The notes below the pieces were generated by a model, which saw only the letters and a list, made by a program, of their open reading frames with translations, had not been told where the DNA came from and ran no database searches. The translations under genes were made by a program, and so were the position numbers. From positions 1 to 33,438 of the forward strand of contig WSZW01000008.1 in NCBI GenBank assembly GCA_013139905.1: a stretch of DNA of 33,438 bases, read 5' to 3'. Position 1 is the first letter of the stretch; each line of letters begins with the position of its first letter. The DNA is from an archaeon (GTDB lineage: Archaea; EX4484-52; B79-G9). Below are positions 1 through 7,128 of the stretch, piece after piece.

Positions 1-1302
1 CAGGCAGTGACCAACGCAACAGTTAATATTTATAATGCCACCTGGTCAGATACTATCACATCGTCATCAACTGGTTTTTATCTATTTGAAGAGCTTACAA
101 ACGGCTCTTATACAGTCAATGCCACAAAAACAGATTATCAAGACTCAGCCGAATATCCAGCAGATACAAACAACGGATCATGGCTAACCCAGAACATCCT
201 AATGTATGGCATCTATGACCTTACTATAAGAGCCCAAGACTCCTCCACAGATGGATACTTATCAACATTCTCAGTAGACTACGGTGGAGTTATATCTTCC
301 ACTACAAACGGATCAATCACATATTCGGGGTTAACCTATGGGTTATATACATTCAGTGTATCTGCAACTGGGTACTACTCAGACAGCGAAGATATTTTAG
401 TAGATTCAACCAAGACCGAAACAATACAACTAACGCAAACAGACAGCGTATATTATACACCACATTATGTGAAATTTGTTGTATGGGGGCCATTAGGATA
501 TTATGAAGGTGTAGATGTAAGTGTTTATGAATATGGCAGCTCAACTACAAAGTATACTGGTGTTACTGGTAATGATGGTGCGGTTACATTCCGATTATAC
601 GAAACACAAAGGTACACCATTACATTCATTGACGCAGTTCAAGGTATAGATAGAGAAATGGTATTATACCCAAAGGATGAAAAATATTTAATATTTGTTG
701 CTTCAACAGGATCATGGTCAACATATGATGAACCGGTAGATGACGTTATAGGAATTGATGTATCCACCGAGATAATCAATTCAACACACTCTTATGTCAA
801 TGTGAGTTACACTGATACCATGTCAGAAACTACAGCAGCAATAGTATACCTTAATCAAACAAACAGTTCAGATCCATACAACCAAACAGTAATAGACTCT
901 CAGTCAGGATATACAAATAATTGGACTCACAGCTTTATAGTAAGCGACTACGAAGGCGAAAGTTACTTTGTACATGTGGTTGCTACTCATACCACCTATG
1001 GAACTGTTGATCAAACCTATGCGGTGCAGTTCGATGATGATATTGGATTGCCCGGAATCCCAGACAAAGTGTGGTTGTATGTTTCAATCTTAATCATGAT
1101 GTTTACCGCTGGCATGTTTGGAGCATCCACTGCAACAGAAGGTGCGGCGATTATATGTGTGGAAGGGTGGGTTTTCCTGTTCTTTGGGTGGTTTTCAAGT
1201 ATCGACAACAACGGTATAATTGCTGTCGGATTGGGCTTTGCAACGGTTGTGGCTATAATCGCAAATATAAATAAGTTTTCAAAGAAGGAGGGGCATGAAT
1301 AA
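1..1302 (+). CDS. Surface glycoprotein, 5'-truncated at window edge; CarboxypepD_reg/Ig-like beta-sandwich repeats plus C-terminal multi-helix membrane anchor
   Basis: The frame is open from nt 1. Repeated segments such as NATVNIYNATWSD..STGFYLFEELTNGSYTVNATKTDY and TGYYSDSEDILVD are present, with many N-x-S/T sequons. Three hydrophobic helices lie at the C-terminus. Confidence 0.7.
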   Translation, partial: QAVTNATVNIYNATWSDTITSSSTGFYLFEELTNGSYTVNATKTDYQDSAEYPADTNNGSWLTQNILMYGIYDLTIRAQDSSTDGYLSTFSVDYGGVISSTTNGSITYSGLTYGLYTFSVSATGYYSDSEDILVDSTKTETIQLTQTDSVYYTPHYVKFVVWGPLGYYEGVDVSVYEYGSSTTKYTGVTGNDGAVTFRLYETQRYTITFIDAVQGIDREMVLYPKDEKYLIFVASTGSWSTYDEPVDDVIGIDVSTEIINSTHSYVNVSYTDTMSETTAAIVYLNQTNSSDPYNQTVIDSQSGYTNNWTHSFIVSDYEGESYFVHVVATHTTYGTVDQTYAVQFDDDIGLPGIPDKVWLYVSILIMMFTAGMFGASTATEGAAIICVEGWVFLFFGWFSSIDNNGIIAVGLGFATVVAIIANINKFSKKEGHE

Positions 1303-1697
1303 TGAAAATATGGGGATTTATACTTGCAATATTTATTTTCAGTTTGCTTAGTTCCACCATGAACGAAATGGGAATTATGACCGTTCATGAAGTTGATGAT
1401 TTTGATGCTGATGCAATGAATAATCAATCTGCTTCAATAAAAGAAGTCATTACCGATGATTCAGAATCATCTATATTAGAAAAGGCAAGAGAAGGTTTTG
1501 GGCTTGATCTAGTATTTATCGCTATAAAAATGTTTGCAGTGCTATTTGAAGCATTAAAAATGACCGCACTGGTATACTTCCCGTTGGTTAAATTTGGAGT
1601 GCCAGCACCATTGGCATTGATGTTACAAACAATAGTCACTTTCATGGAAATGATATTTATCTTCCAAGTATGGCGTAGATTCAAAATGGAGAATTGA
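1302..1697 (+). CDS. Small membrane protein (N-terminal signal/TM, C-terminal hydrophobic helices)
   Basis: GGAGGGG Shine-Dalgarno lies upstream. The ATG overlaps the upstream stop (TAATG). Hydrophobic segments are present at both ends. Confidence 0.6.
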   Translation: MKIWGFILAIFIFSLLSSTMNEMGIMTVHEVDDFDADAMNNQSASIKEVITDDSESSILEKAREGFGLDLVFIAIKMFAVLFEALKMTALVYFPLVKFGVPAPLALMLQTIVTFMEMIFIFQVWRRFKMEN

Positions 1698-1699
1698 AT

Positions 1700-2392
1700 A
1701 TGAAACACTTAAAATTATCGTTTATCAATTTTGGAATACTGTTCTTACTTATAGCTGGTTGTGTGGTTGTAGATGGGGCCCCGGATATCACTACATATAC
1801 CAATTCAGTTGATACTAACAATATGTATCCTGTAGTAGGCCACGGATCAAGTATTACGTTCTATGCTACAGCCAATGAGACAATCATTACATGGGCCTGG
1901 CATGTGGATACTATAGACCAGTCACACAACTATGACAACCTATCCTATGCCTGGACATCCAAAGGATACAAGAATGTCACAGCCACAGCCACAAATGCCA
2001 ACGGTACATCTTTACCGATAACCTGGAATCCATACGTTAAGATGGAAATGGCAGGTGCCGGAGATACAATAAGCAATATGGATGAAACAGGATATGATAA
2101 TCTTATGTTGGGTCTTGAGGGGGATTCACCAGACTTTGAAGTTATGCTGTGGGGAATTACCGAACCATATCAGGTAGTCGTAGGCAATATGTTTTTTGCA
2201 ATCCTTTTCGGTATTCCTATGTTAATGTTTTATCTCAGACAGGGATCGTTAATCATCCCTTCAATGTTTGGGATTATAATGGGTACGGTGCTGTTTGCAT
2301 TCTTCCCTGCATCTTTCGCAGCGACAGCATCAGCAATCATAGTTATGTCAATACTGGCAGTGTTCTATACATTCTATAAGGAACGGCGATAA
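1700..2392 (+). CDS. Secreted PKD-like domain protein with C-terminal multi-TM anchor
   Basis: ATG 1700 follows GGAGA; the track start at 1694 is TTG. A signal-like N-terminus is present. ITFYATANETIITWAWHVD..YAWTSKGYKNVTATATNANGTS resembles a PKD fold. The C-terminus is hydrophobic. Confidence 0.6.
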   Translation: MKHLKLSFINFGILFLLIAGCVVVDGAPDITTYTNSVDTNNMYPVVGHGSSITFYATANETIITWAWHVDTIDQSHNYDNLSYAWTSKGYKNVTATATNANGTSLPITWNPYVKMEMAGAGDTISNMDETGYDNLMLGLEGDSPDFEVMLWGITEPYQVVVGNMFFAILFGIPMLMFYLRQGSLIIPSMFGIIMGTVLFAFFPASFAATASAIIVMSILAVFYTFYKERR

Positions 2393-2393
2393 C

Positions 2394-2543
2394 ATGGTAA
2401 AAAGAAAAAAAACAAATAAAGCACCAAGACTAAGAATAGATTTGACTATCTATTTTCATGGCAAGTCAATTCTAAAATATAGAAAAATTACACTTAATAG
2501 AGCAAAGAAGATGTTGAAGGATATCAATAAAAAATTCAATTAA
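2394..2543 (+). CDS. Small basic protein (49 aa)
   Basis: ORF read by eye (MVKRKKTNKAPRLRIDL...). It lies below the track cutoff and has a weak RBS. Confidence 0.35.
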   Translation: MVKRKKTNKAPRLRIDLTIYFHGKSILKYRKITLNRAKKMLKDINKKFN

Positions 2544-2764
2544 AGAATCGTTTATATCTATCCACAACCATCTATCTATCTGCTGCCTTGTGCAAGTGTC
2601 AACCTCTAAAGTTGCACTTTTAAGTTGATTATTGGTAGTAGATCACCGGGGGTTTGTAAGTCCAATGAGCATAACCCAGACAATTTTTATATATTTTTAA
2701 TTCAATAAAGTATTTGTCCATATATTTTCATTTAGTTATAGGTTTTAAACTCTGTGGATGAAAT

Positions 2765-2780
2765 GTAAAGGCATATATAG
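2765..2780 (+). promoter_or_regulatory. BRE/TATA-like promoter for recombinase gene (leaderless geometry)
   Basis: GTAAAG-GCATATATAG is centred about 28 nt upstream of ATG 2804. There is no SD. Confidence 0.45.
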
Positions 2781-2803
2781 TATTTACACATACTCTGTGT
2801 CTT

Positions 2804-3409
2804 ATGGAATACTCACATAAATTGGAACTTTTTGCGTATTGTCGTGAATCTGTTGATCTGAAAACAGGAATAGAAATTCAAAAGGAATCTATTCAAAGAT
2901 ATTGTGATGCATATGAGATCACAATTCAAAAATGGTTCATTGATAATGATGCAAGTGCTTACAAGTATAGACCGAACTTTGAAAAAATGTGGAACTCACT
3001 TGATGGATGTGATGGGGTAATTGTAAAAGACCTTTCACGTTTTGGTAGGAGTGATGCAGATATGTTGGCTAAGTTCAATGAAATGAAAGATAGTGGTAAA
3101 CGGCTGATCCTTATCAAAGAAAACATTGATTCATCCACTCCGGAGACTGAATTTTTCTTAAAGATACTGGCATTGTTTGCGGACCGGGAAGCAACTACCA
3201 TAAGAGAGCGGTTGACTGCTGGAAGGGCATATGCAAAGATTCATGGGACAAAGTCAGGTAAACCCATGCACAGACCAGCAAAGAAAATCAACTGGGAGAA
3301 GTTCGATGAAATGAGGGGGAAAGGAATTTCAGTAATTAATATTGCCAAGATGATGGGGATAAGCCAAAGTAAATTATATCATGATATCAAGATAAGACCA
3401 AAGCAATAA
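2804..3409 (+). CDS. Small serine recombinase (resolvase/invertase family) with C-terminal HTH
   Basis: It aligns by eye along the whole length to gamma-delta resolvase. Matches include LFAYCRES (catalytic Ser), VIVKDLSRFGRSDADM, ILALFADREATTIRERLTAGRAYAK and the HTH ISVINIAKMMGISQSKLYHDI. Confidence 0.9.
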   Translation: MEYSHKLELFAYCRESVDLKTGIEIQKESIQRYCDAYEITIQKWFIDNDASAYKYRPNFEKMWNSLDGCDGVIVKDLSRFGRSDADMLAKFNEMKDSGKRLILIKENIDSSTPETEFFLKILALFADREATTIRERLTAGRAYAKIHGTKSGKPMHRPAKKINWEKFDEMRGKGISVINIAKMMGISQSKLYHDIKIRPKQ

Positions 3410-3451
3410 TTCAGAGGTGAATTAAAAGATACATGAAAATGAGGTGGAGAA

Positions 3452-3568
3452 ATGACGGCATATATATGTTACTGTGAAGAATGCCACAAGAAATTTATAA
3501 GTGGATTCTTAAACAATACAATGTGTTTGCCGTGTAGGCTTAAACAGAAGGATGAAAGAAATGAATGA
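3452..3568 (+). CDS. 38-aa zinc-ribbon mini-protein
   Basis: GAGGTGGAGA SD lies upstream. CYCEEC...CLPC cysteine pairs are present. The ORF ends 3 nt before R1. Confidence 0.5.
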   Translation: MTAYICYCEECHKKFISGFLNNTMCLPCRLKQKDERNE

Positions 3569-3571
3569 AAT

Positions 3572-3669
3572 TAGCTCAAGTCACCAGTGGCACTCAGACT
3601 CGCTCTATAGAGCGGCCTGGTGCTACTAAAACACCCGCATGAATGCGGGAGCATGGCTGAGATGATGCA
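3572..3669 (+). repeat. Structured cassette-boundary repeat R1 (5' arm A, partial; core alpha; 3' arm A)
   Basis: TAGCTCAAGTCAC arm. AGTGGCAC-CAG..CTG-GTGC-ACT stem enclosing CGCTC-TATA-GAGCG. CCCGCA-TGAA-TGCGGG hairpin. GCATGGCTGAGATGATGCA arm. Confidence 0.85.
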
Positions 3670-3713
3670 AAAATATAAGTATGACTAAATTAAATTGTGT
3701 AGTGTGATTAATC

Positions 3714-3914
3714 ATGACCAGAAAATACACAACAAAAAAAGACCGTGTGAGAAATATAAACGGAATTGTTTTTAAAGAGTCGCAGGGCAACCTCACAAAG
3801 AAAAAAGCAAGACAAATTGCAGCAACGTGGAATATGAAGGGACGAAAAGCAAGAGTGCTTCCTAGTAAATGGCCCATACAGCACACTTGGTCGGTGTTTA
3901 TAGAAAAGAAGTAA
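3714..3914 (+). CDS. Small basic protein (66 aa)
   Basis: GTGTGAT SD-like motif lies before the ATG. An A/T-rich TATA-like tract follows directly after R1. A T8 run follows the ORF. Confidence 0.6.
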   Translation: MTRKYTTKKDRVRNINGIVFKESQGNLTKKKARQIAATWNMKGRKARVLPSKWPIQHTWSVFIEKK

Positions 3915-3920
3915 TACAAT

Positions 3921-3938
3921 ATTTATTTTATTTTTTTT
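3921..3938 (+). terminator. Oligo-T tract (archaeal terminator-like)
   Basis: ATTTATTTTATTTTTTTT lies immediately after the stop of 3714..3914. Confidence 0.45.
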
Positions 3939-3942
3939 AGTG

Positions 3943-4033
3943 TTGCATTGGTGTTAGCTCAAGTCACGGGCGCCAGCGGCGGACCGCCCAACCCCTGCTT
4001 AGAAAGCAGGGGCATGACTAAGATTGACCCCTG
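3943..4033 (+). repeat. Repeat R2 (5' arm A; GC-rich core delta; 3' arm B)
   Basis: TTGCATTGGTGTTAGCTCAAGTCAC arm. GGGCG..CGCCC stem. CCCCTGCT-TAGAA-AGCAGGGG hairpin. Ends CATGACTAAGATTGACCCCTG. Confidence 0.85.
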
Positions 4034-4110
4034 CTTTTAATATTCTCTTTTTTATAATGGTTGTGTTGTAAACCGACAAGTTTAAGTAAGTTTAAGGCGT
4101 ATTATTAACT

Positions 4111-4245
4111 ATGAAGTGTAAGGCTTTGAAATCAAGTAATGAAGGACGGAGAGTTGAATGCCAAGCAGTTGATACAAACAAATGTAAAAAAACAAGAGGA
4201 CAATTTAATGTAACACAATATTGTTGGTGTATCAAGGAGGAATGA
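4111..4245 (+). CDS. 44-aa Cys-rich mini-protein
   Basis: ORF read by eye (MKCKALKSS...YCWCIKEE). Its stop overlaps the AGGAGG SD of the next gene. Confidence 0.4.
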   Translation: MKCKALKSSNEGRRVECQAVDTNKCKKTRGQFNVTQYCWCIKEE

Positions 4246-4248
4246 ATA

Positions 4249-4422
4249 ATGAAATGTAAAAAAATAGATTGTGATGAATGTGGTATAAACATCACTGATA
4301 GAGTCTACTATGCACAAGGATATACTTATAATTGTTGTTCTCATGGGTGTCTGGCACGGATAATGTTGAATGTTCAGGTATCGACAATTCAAGCAAGATT
4401 TGATTATTTGAATGAGGATTAA
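4249..4422 (+). CDS. 57-aa zinc-binding mini-protein (TRASH/MYM-like Cys spacing)
   Basis: AGGAGG SD lies upstream. CDEC-x19-CC-x3-C pattern (CDECGINITDRVYYAQGYTYNCCSHGC). Confidence 0.5.
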   Translation: MKCKKIDCDECGINITDRVYYAQGYTYNCCSHGCLARIMLNVQVSTIQARFDYLNED

Positions 4423-4425
4423 ACT

Positions 4426-4617
4426 ATGAAAAACTGGATTGATAACTTAGGGTTTGTACTGGTTTTTGTCGTGTATGCAATCGGTGCAGCATATACTGGT
4501 GTTATTTCTTATGGGATTGTGAGATTGGTATTTGGGGGGATGGGTATTTTATCTTTGATTTTTGCCATTCTTTTAATGAAAGATATGTTACTAAAAACCG
4601 AGGGGTCGGTATCTTAG
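4426..4617 (+). CDS. Small two-helix membrane protein (63 aa)
   Basis: GAGGATTAAACT lies before the ATG. Two hydrophobic helices are present. The C-terminal codons (EGSVS*) lie inside the R3 5' arm. Confidence 0.6.
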   Translation: MKNWIDNLGFVLVFVVYAIGAAYTGVISYGIVRLVFGGMGILSLIFAILLMKDMLLKTEGSVS

Positions 4618-4718
4618 AGTAGATGATGAGTCACTTGCACGTCCCTGACTCGTCCATAGGACGGCCAGGGCGAGCAAAAACACCCGGATGAATCCGGGAG
4701 CATGGCTAAGATGATGCA
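4600..4718 (+). repeat. Repeat R3 (5' arm B; core beta; 3' arm A)
   Basis: GAGGGGTCGGTATCTTAGAGTAGATGATGAGTCAC arm. TTGC-CG-CCCTG..CAGGG-CG-GCAA stem enclosing CGTCC-ATA-GGACG. CCCGGA-TGAA-TCCGGG hairpin. GCATGGCTAAGATGATGCA arm. Confidence 0.9.
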
Positions 4719-4860
4719 AAAAGTATTTAATACAATAAACACTGTTTTTATATGAGTGATTTTTTATGTCTAAAATTGTTCATGTAAAAGCACATACAAG
4801 AAAAGATCCAAAAACCGCAATTGCCTGGATAGTCGGATACGATATGAAGAAGGAATAATA

Positions 4861-5343
4861 ATGGATAAGAAAATAGCATTATTGGCAGTGTTTCTGCTTA
4901 TTGGCGTCGCATCAGCGGCGATATTGACAGAATATTTCAGAGATGAGCGAACCGTAGAAGTAACACCGTGGATGTCATTCGATGTAAATAATGACCCACG
5001 AGATACCACATATGGGCTCACTCAACTATATGATTATATCAATATCACTAGTCATAAGAAGTATTCTACGACATGTGAGATTGATACCGAGATATGGTTC
5101 AATGGGGAAGAACTAATCGATACAGAAGGCATCAAAGTCGATTATAGTGTAGAATCTGGAAGCGGTGCACTAATCACTCCATCTGATAATAATAACAATG
5201 GTCTTCCTGAAGCTGCAGTGTTTGGCACCCAGGACGCAGATGGAATATATACCATCAGACGGAATATCAACATCAATGAGGATCTGATTCCAGGAACATA
5301 CCGGATAGTCACTATATTAGTGCCGTATCAGGGAAATTCTTGA
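4861..5343 (+). CDS. Secreted/membrane-anchored protein (160 aa) with N-terminal signal-anchor
   Basis: GAAGGAATAATA lies before the ATG. N-terminus MDKKIALLAVFLLIGVASAAIL. No recognisable family. Confidence 0.7.
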   Translation: MDKKIALLAVFLLIGVASAAILTEYFRDERTVEVTPWMSFDVNNDPRDTTYGLTQLYDYINITSHKKYSTTCEIDTEIWFNGEELIDTEGIKVDYSVESGSGALITPSDNNNNGLPEAAVFGTQDADGIYTIRRNININEDLIPGTYRIVTILVPYQGNS

Positions 5344-5382
5344 GTAGGAAACATAATTATTCGCTATGGCTAAATTGTTACA

Positions 5383-5490
5383 AAGTGCTAGCTCTCAGGT
5401 CACTTGCACAAACCTCACACGTTCTGCGGAACGGCGATGTTGAGCAAAAACACCCATCTAAAGATGGGATGCATGACTAAAATGGTGGAT
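5383..5490 (+). repeat. Repeat R4 (5' arm A, degenerate; core gamma; 3' arm A, degenerate)
   Basis: AAGTGCTAGCTCTCAGGTCAC arm. TTGC..AACCTC..GTTC-TGCG-GAAC..GATGTT..GCAA stem. CCCATC-TAAA-GATGGG hairpin. GCATGACTAAAATGGTGGAT arm. Confidence 0.8.
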
Positions 5491-5649
5491 GAAATGATTA
5501 ATATAAAAGATGAAATGAAACATGTAAAAATTGAAGAAGGACAGATATGGCGTAAACAAGGACCATATGACTGGTTAAAGATTGAAAGAGTTGTTGATCC
5601 TAACTATCCTAGATATGTTGGTGGTGTGTTTTGCAACCATATTATGTAG
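5482..5649 (+). CDS. Small protein (about 55 aa); start uncertain (5473/5482/5494)
   Basis: The track ORF 5404..5649 begins inside R4. The in-frame ATGs at the R4 3' arm are more plausible starts. Confidence 0.5.
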   Translation: MVDEMINIKDEMKHVKIEEGQIWRKQGPYDWLKIERVVDPNYPRYVGGVFCNHIM

Positions 5650-5765
5650 ATATACTAGATGAAATATGTAGTTTCTGTGGTGGGCCGTTGATGACAACCA
5701 CGTTGAATGAAGACACATCCGAATGTATTAATTGTAAAGCCAAATTTGAAATAGAAGATTGCTAA
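5631..5765 (+). CDS. 44-aa zinc-ribbon mini-protein, TTG start
   Basis: CSFC...CINC pairs are present. The frame opens at 5613. TTG 5631 follows a GGTGGTG SD-like motif. It overlaps the preceding ORF by 19 nt. Confidence 0.4.
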   Translation: MQPYYVDILDEICSFCGGPLMTTTLNEDTSECINCKAKFEIEDC

Positions 5766-5767
5766 CG

Positions 5768-5888
5768 TTGCATGGGTGTTGGCTCAAGTCACGGGCGCCG
5801 GTCCGAATGCGAGAATCCCGCATGACAAGCGCCCAACTCCCCACAGCGCTTCGCTAACGTGGGGAGCATGACGACGGAGATGATGCAT
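5768..5888 (+). repeat. Repeat R5 (5' arm A variant; core epsilon; 3' arm A)
   Basis: TTGCATGGGTGTTGGCTCAAGTCAC arm. GGGCGC..GCGCCC stem enclosing ATGCG-AGAATCC-CGCAT. CTCCCCAC..GTGGGGAG hairpin. CATGACGACGGAGATGATGCAT arm. Confidence 0.85.
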
Positions 5889-6074
5889 ATGGCAAGAACA
5901 CAAAGAAGTAAAAAACGTCGGCAGCAAATAAGAGAATTTAGAAAGGAAAATAATATTACGAACTGCAAGCGCTGTGGTGAACCACTTGGAATGACTTCAC
6001 ATAATTTTCTATGTTCAAAGTGTTGGAATATTCAAGAAAACTTCCCTAAATTCGATAGGCCAAAAACAATATAA
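5889..6074 (+). CDS. Basic zinc-ribbon protein (about 61 aa); alternative in-frame ATGs at 5880/5883 inside R5
   Basis: MARTQRSKKRRQQ..., then CKRCGEPLGMTSHNFLCSKC. The track start 5859 lies inside the repeat. Confidence 0.6.
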   Translation: MARTQRSKKRRQQIREFRKENNITNCKRCGEPLGMTSHNFLCSKCWNIQENFPKFDRPKTI

Positions 6075-6082
6075 AAAGCGAG

Positions 6083-6379
6083 GTGAAAATATTGGATGAA
6101 ATATTGTTAATATCTGCATATAATGAAATTATAAAAAAGCAACCACTTTCACGAATGGGTTATGTTGATATGCATAACTTGTATTCAGAAATTAGAAATA
6201 AAAAAGGAATAACATTACAACTATTTAAAGAATGGATGGTTGAATTTTTCAATAAATATAATTTAAATGGATTTGAATTTGCAAGAGCAACGATAGCAAG
6301 AACAGAAGTTAAACGATATTCGTTTATTATTGACAATAATGTATATTATTATATGGTAAAAAGGATGCATAGGTGCTAG
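6083..6379 (+). CDS. Hypothetical protein (about 95-98 aa); TTG 6092 is the likelier start
   Basis: GTG 6083 is part of the GAGGTGA SD. The ORF terminates on the second TAG of the R6 5' arm (..MHRC*). Confidence 0.6.
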   Translation: MKILDEILLISAYNEIIKKQPLSRMGYVDMHNLYSEIRNKKGITLQLFKEWMVEFFNKYNLNGFEFARATIARTEVKRYSFIIDNNVYYYMVKRMHRC

Positions 6380-6474
6380 CTCAAGTCACTTGCACAGCGC
6401 TGACACGATCAGAGGTCGGCCAGCCTGAGCAAAAACTCCCGGATGAATCCGAGAGCATGGATAAGATGATGCAT
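6364..6474 (+). repeat. Repeat R6 (5' arm A; beta-like unique core; 3' arm A)
   Basis: GATGCATAGGTGCTAGCTCAAGTCAC arm. TTGC-CAG-GCTG..CAGC-CTG-GCAA stem with inner CGATC-AGA-GGTCG (U.G wobble). CTCCCGGA-TGAA-TCCGAGAG hairpin. GCATGGATAAGATGATGCAT arm. Confidence 0.9.
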
Positions 6475-6476
6475 AA

Positions 6477-6710
6477 ATGACACGAACAAGAAGAATATAC
6501 AATAATCCAAACTTAAAGAAAACCCCCCGGTCACATATAGACGAGGGTGAATATATTCCAAGAGGCATACCATTTACACGAAGAAGCTGGATATGTATGG
6601 GGATGTGTCGCGGATGTAGAGACCCAGAAAAGGATCCGCGAGCAATTCGTAATAAAATGAAATCGCAATTTAAATTTCAATTGATGTATGAAAAGGAAAT
6701 GATAGTATGA
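6477..6710 (+). CDS. Small basic protein (77 aa)
   Basis: The ATG is 3 nt after the end of R6, with no SD. The protein is Arg/Lys-rich and contains CMGMCRGC. Confidence 0.6.
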   Translation: MTRTRRIYNNPNLKKTPRSHIDEGEYIPRGIPFTRRSWICMGMCRGCRDPEKDPRAIRNKMKSQFKFQLMYEKEMIV

Positions 6711-6814
6711 ATAATTATGAATTGGCTGTGGCGGTAGATGTTGTACTGCTCATTATAGGTTTGGTGTTATTATACAAATCTATGAAAGATAGACAAAGTG
6801 GGCAAGCGGAGTGA
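6707..6814 (+). CDS. 35-aa single-TM mini-protein
   Basis: ATGA start/stop overlap with the upstream ORF. Hydrophobic core AVAVDVVLLIIGLVLLY. Confidence 0.4.
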   Translation: MNNYELAVAVDVVLLIIGLVLLYKSMKDRQSGQAE

Positions 6815-6821
6815 AAGTTAT

Positions 6822-7013
6822 ATGAAAGAATATATATTGAAACTTGAAAATTCATTGGGTAATGGTATAGTTGCCACGTTTGTAAAAGTAAAAGACTTGA
6901 TAAAACACACGGAAGACAATCCACCACAACGAAAATACCATTATTATATGGTAGTCAAAGAAACCACTGAGACAAGAGTTGATATGAAAGCGATAAAACA
7001 ATTTTATTCGTGA
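6822..7013 (+). CDS. Small protein (63 aa)
   Basis: GGAGTGA SD lies before ATG 6822; the track GTG 6798 is less likely. The stop TGA is the first triplet of the R7 5' arm. Confidence 0.55.
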   Translation: MKEYILKLENSLGNGIVATFVKVKDLIKHTEDNPPQRKYHYYMVVKETTETRVDMKAIKQFYS

Positions 7014-7126
7014 TGCATAGGTGCTAGCTTAAGTCACTTGCGCAAACCTTACTCATTCTGCGGAATGGCAAGGTTGAGCAAAAACTCACGGGCTCAAAGC
7101 CCGAAGCATGAACGGAGATGATGCAT
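7012..7126 (+). repeat. Repeat R7 (5' arm A; core gamma; 3' arm A)
   Basis: GATGCATAGGTGCTAGCTTAAGTCAC arm. TTGC..AACCTT..ATTC-TGCG-GAAT..AAGGTT..GCAA stem. CGGGCT-CAA-AGCCCG hairpin. GCATGAACGGAGATGATGCAT arm. Confidence 0.9.
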
Positions 7127-7128
7127 GA

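Noticed and set aside
353-1427. Antisense ORFs inside the first glycoprotein gene (353..544, 1017..1427 on the - strand; 1071..1274 on the + strand, alternate frame)
   Set aside because: They are fully embedded in a longer, better-supported ORF, lack an RBS and have low-complexity composition.
3626-4392. Minus-strand ORFs 3626..3919, 4092..4295 and 4132..4392
   Set aside because: They run antisense through R1 and through the + strand mini-genes that have SD sites. Their composition is typical of reverse-frame artefacts.
5404-5481. N-terminal extensions of track ORFs that start inside repeats (5404.., 5859.., 9884..)
   Set aside because: The extensions translate conserved repeat sequence (for example MHKPHTFCGTAMLSKNTHLKMGC). 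Downstream in-frame ATG/TTG starts next to the 3' arm or an SD are more plausible.
6364-6474. The repeat as a hammerhead or other known self-cleaving ribozyme, or as a C/D-box sRNA
   Set aside because: The three-way junction has hammerhead-like strand lengths, but the CUGAUGA and GAAA cores are absent; CTGATG occurs only in R15. GAUGAUGC resembles a C box, but there is no consistently placed CUGA D box or guide region. I could not match twister, pistol, hatchet or HDV consensus from memory.
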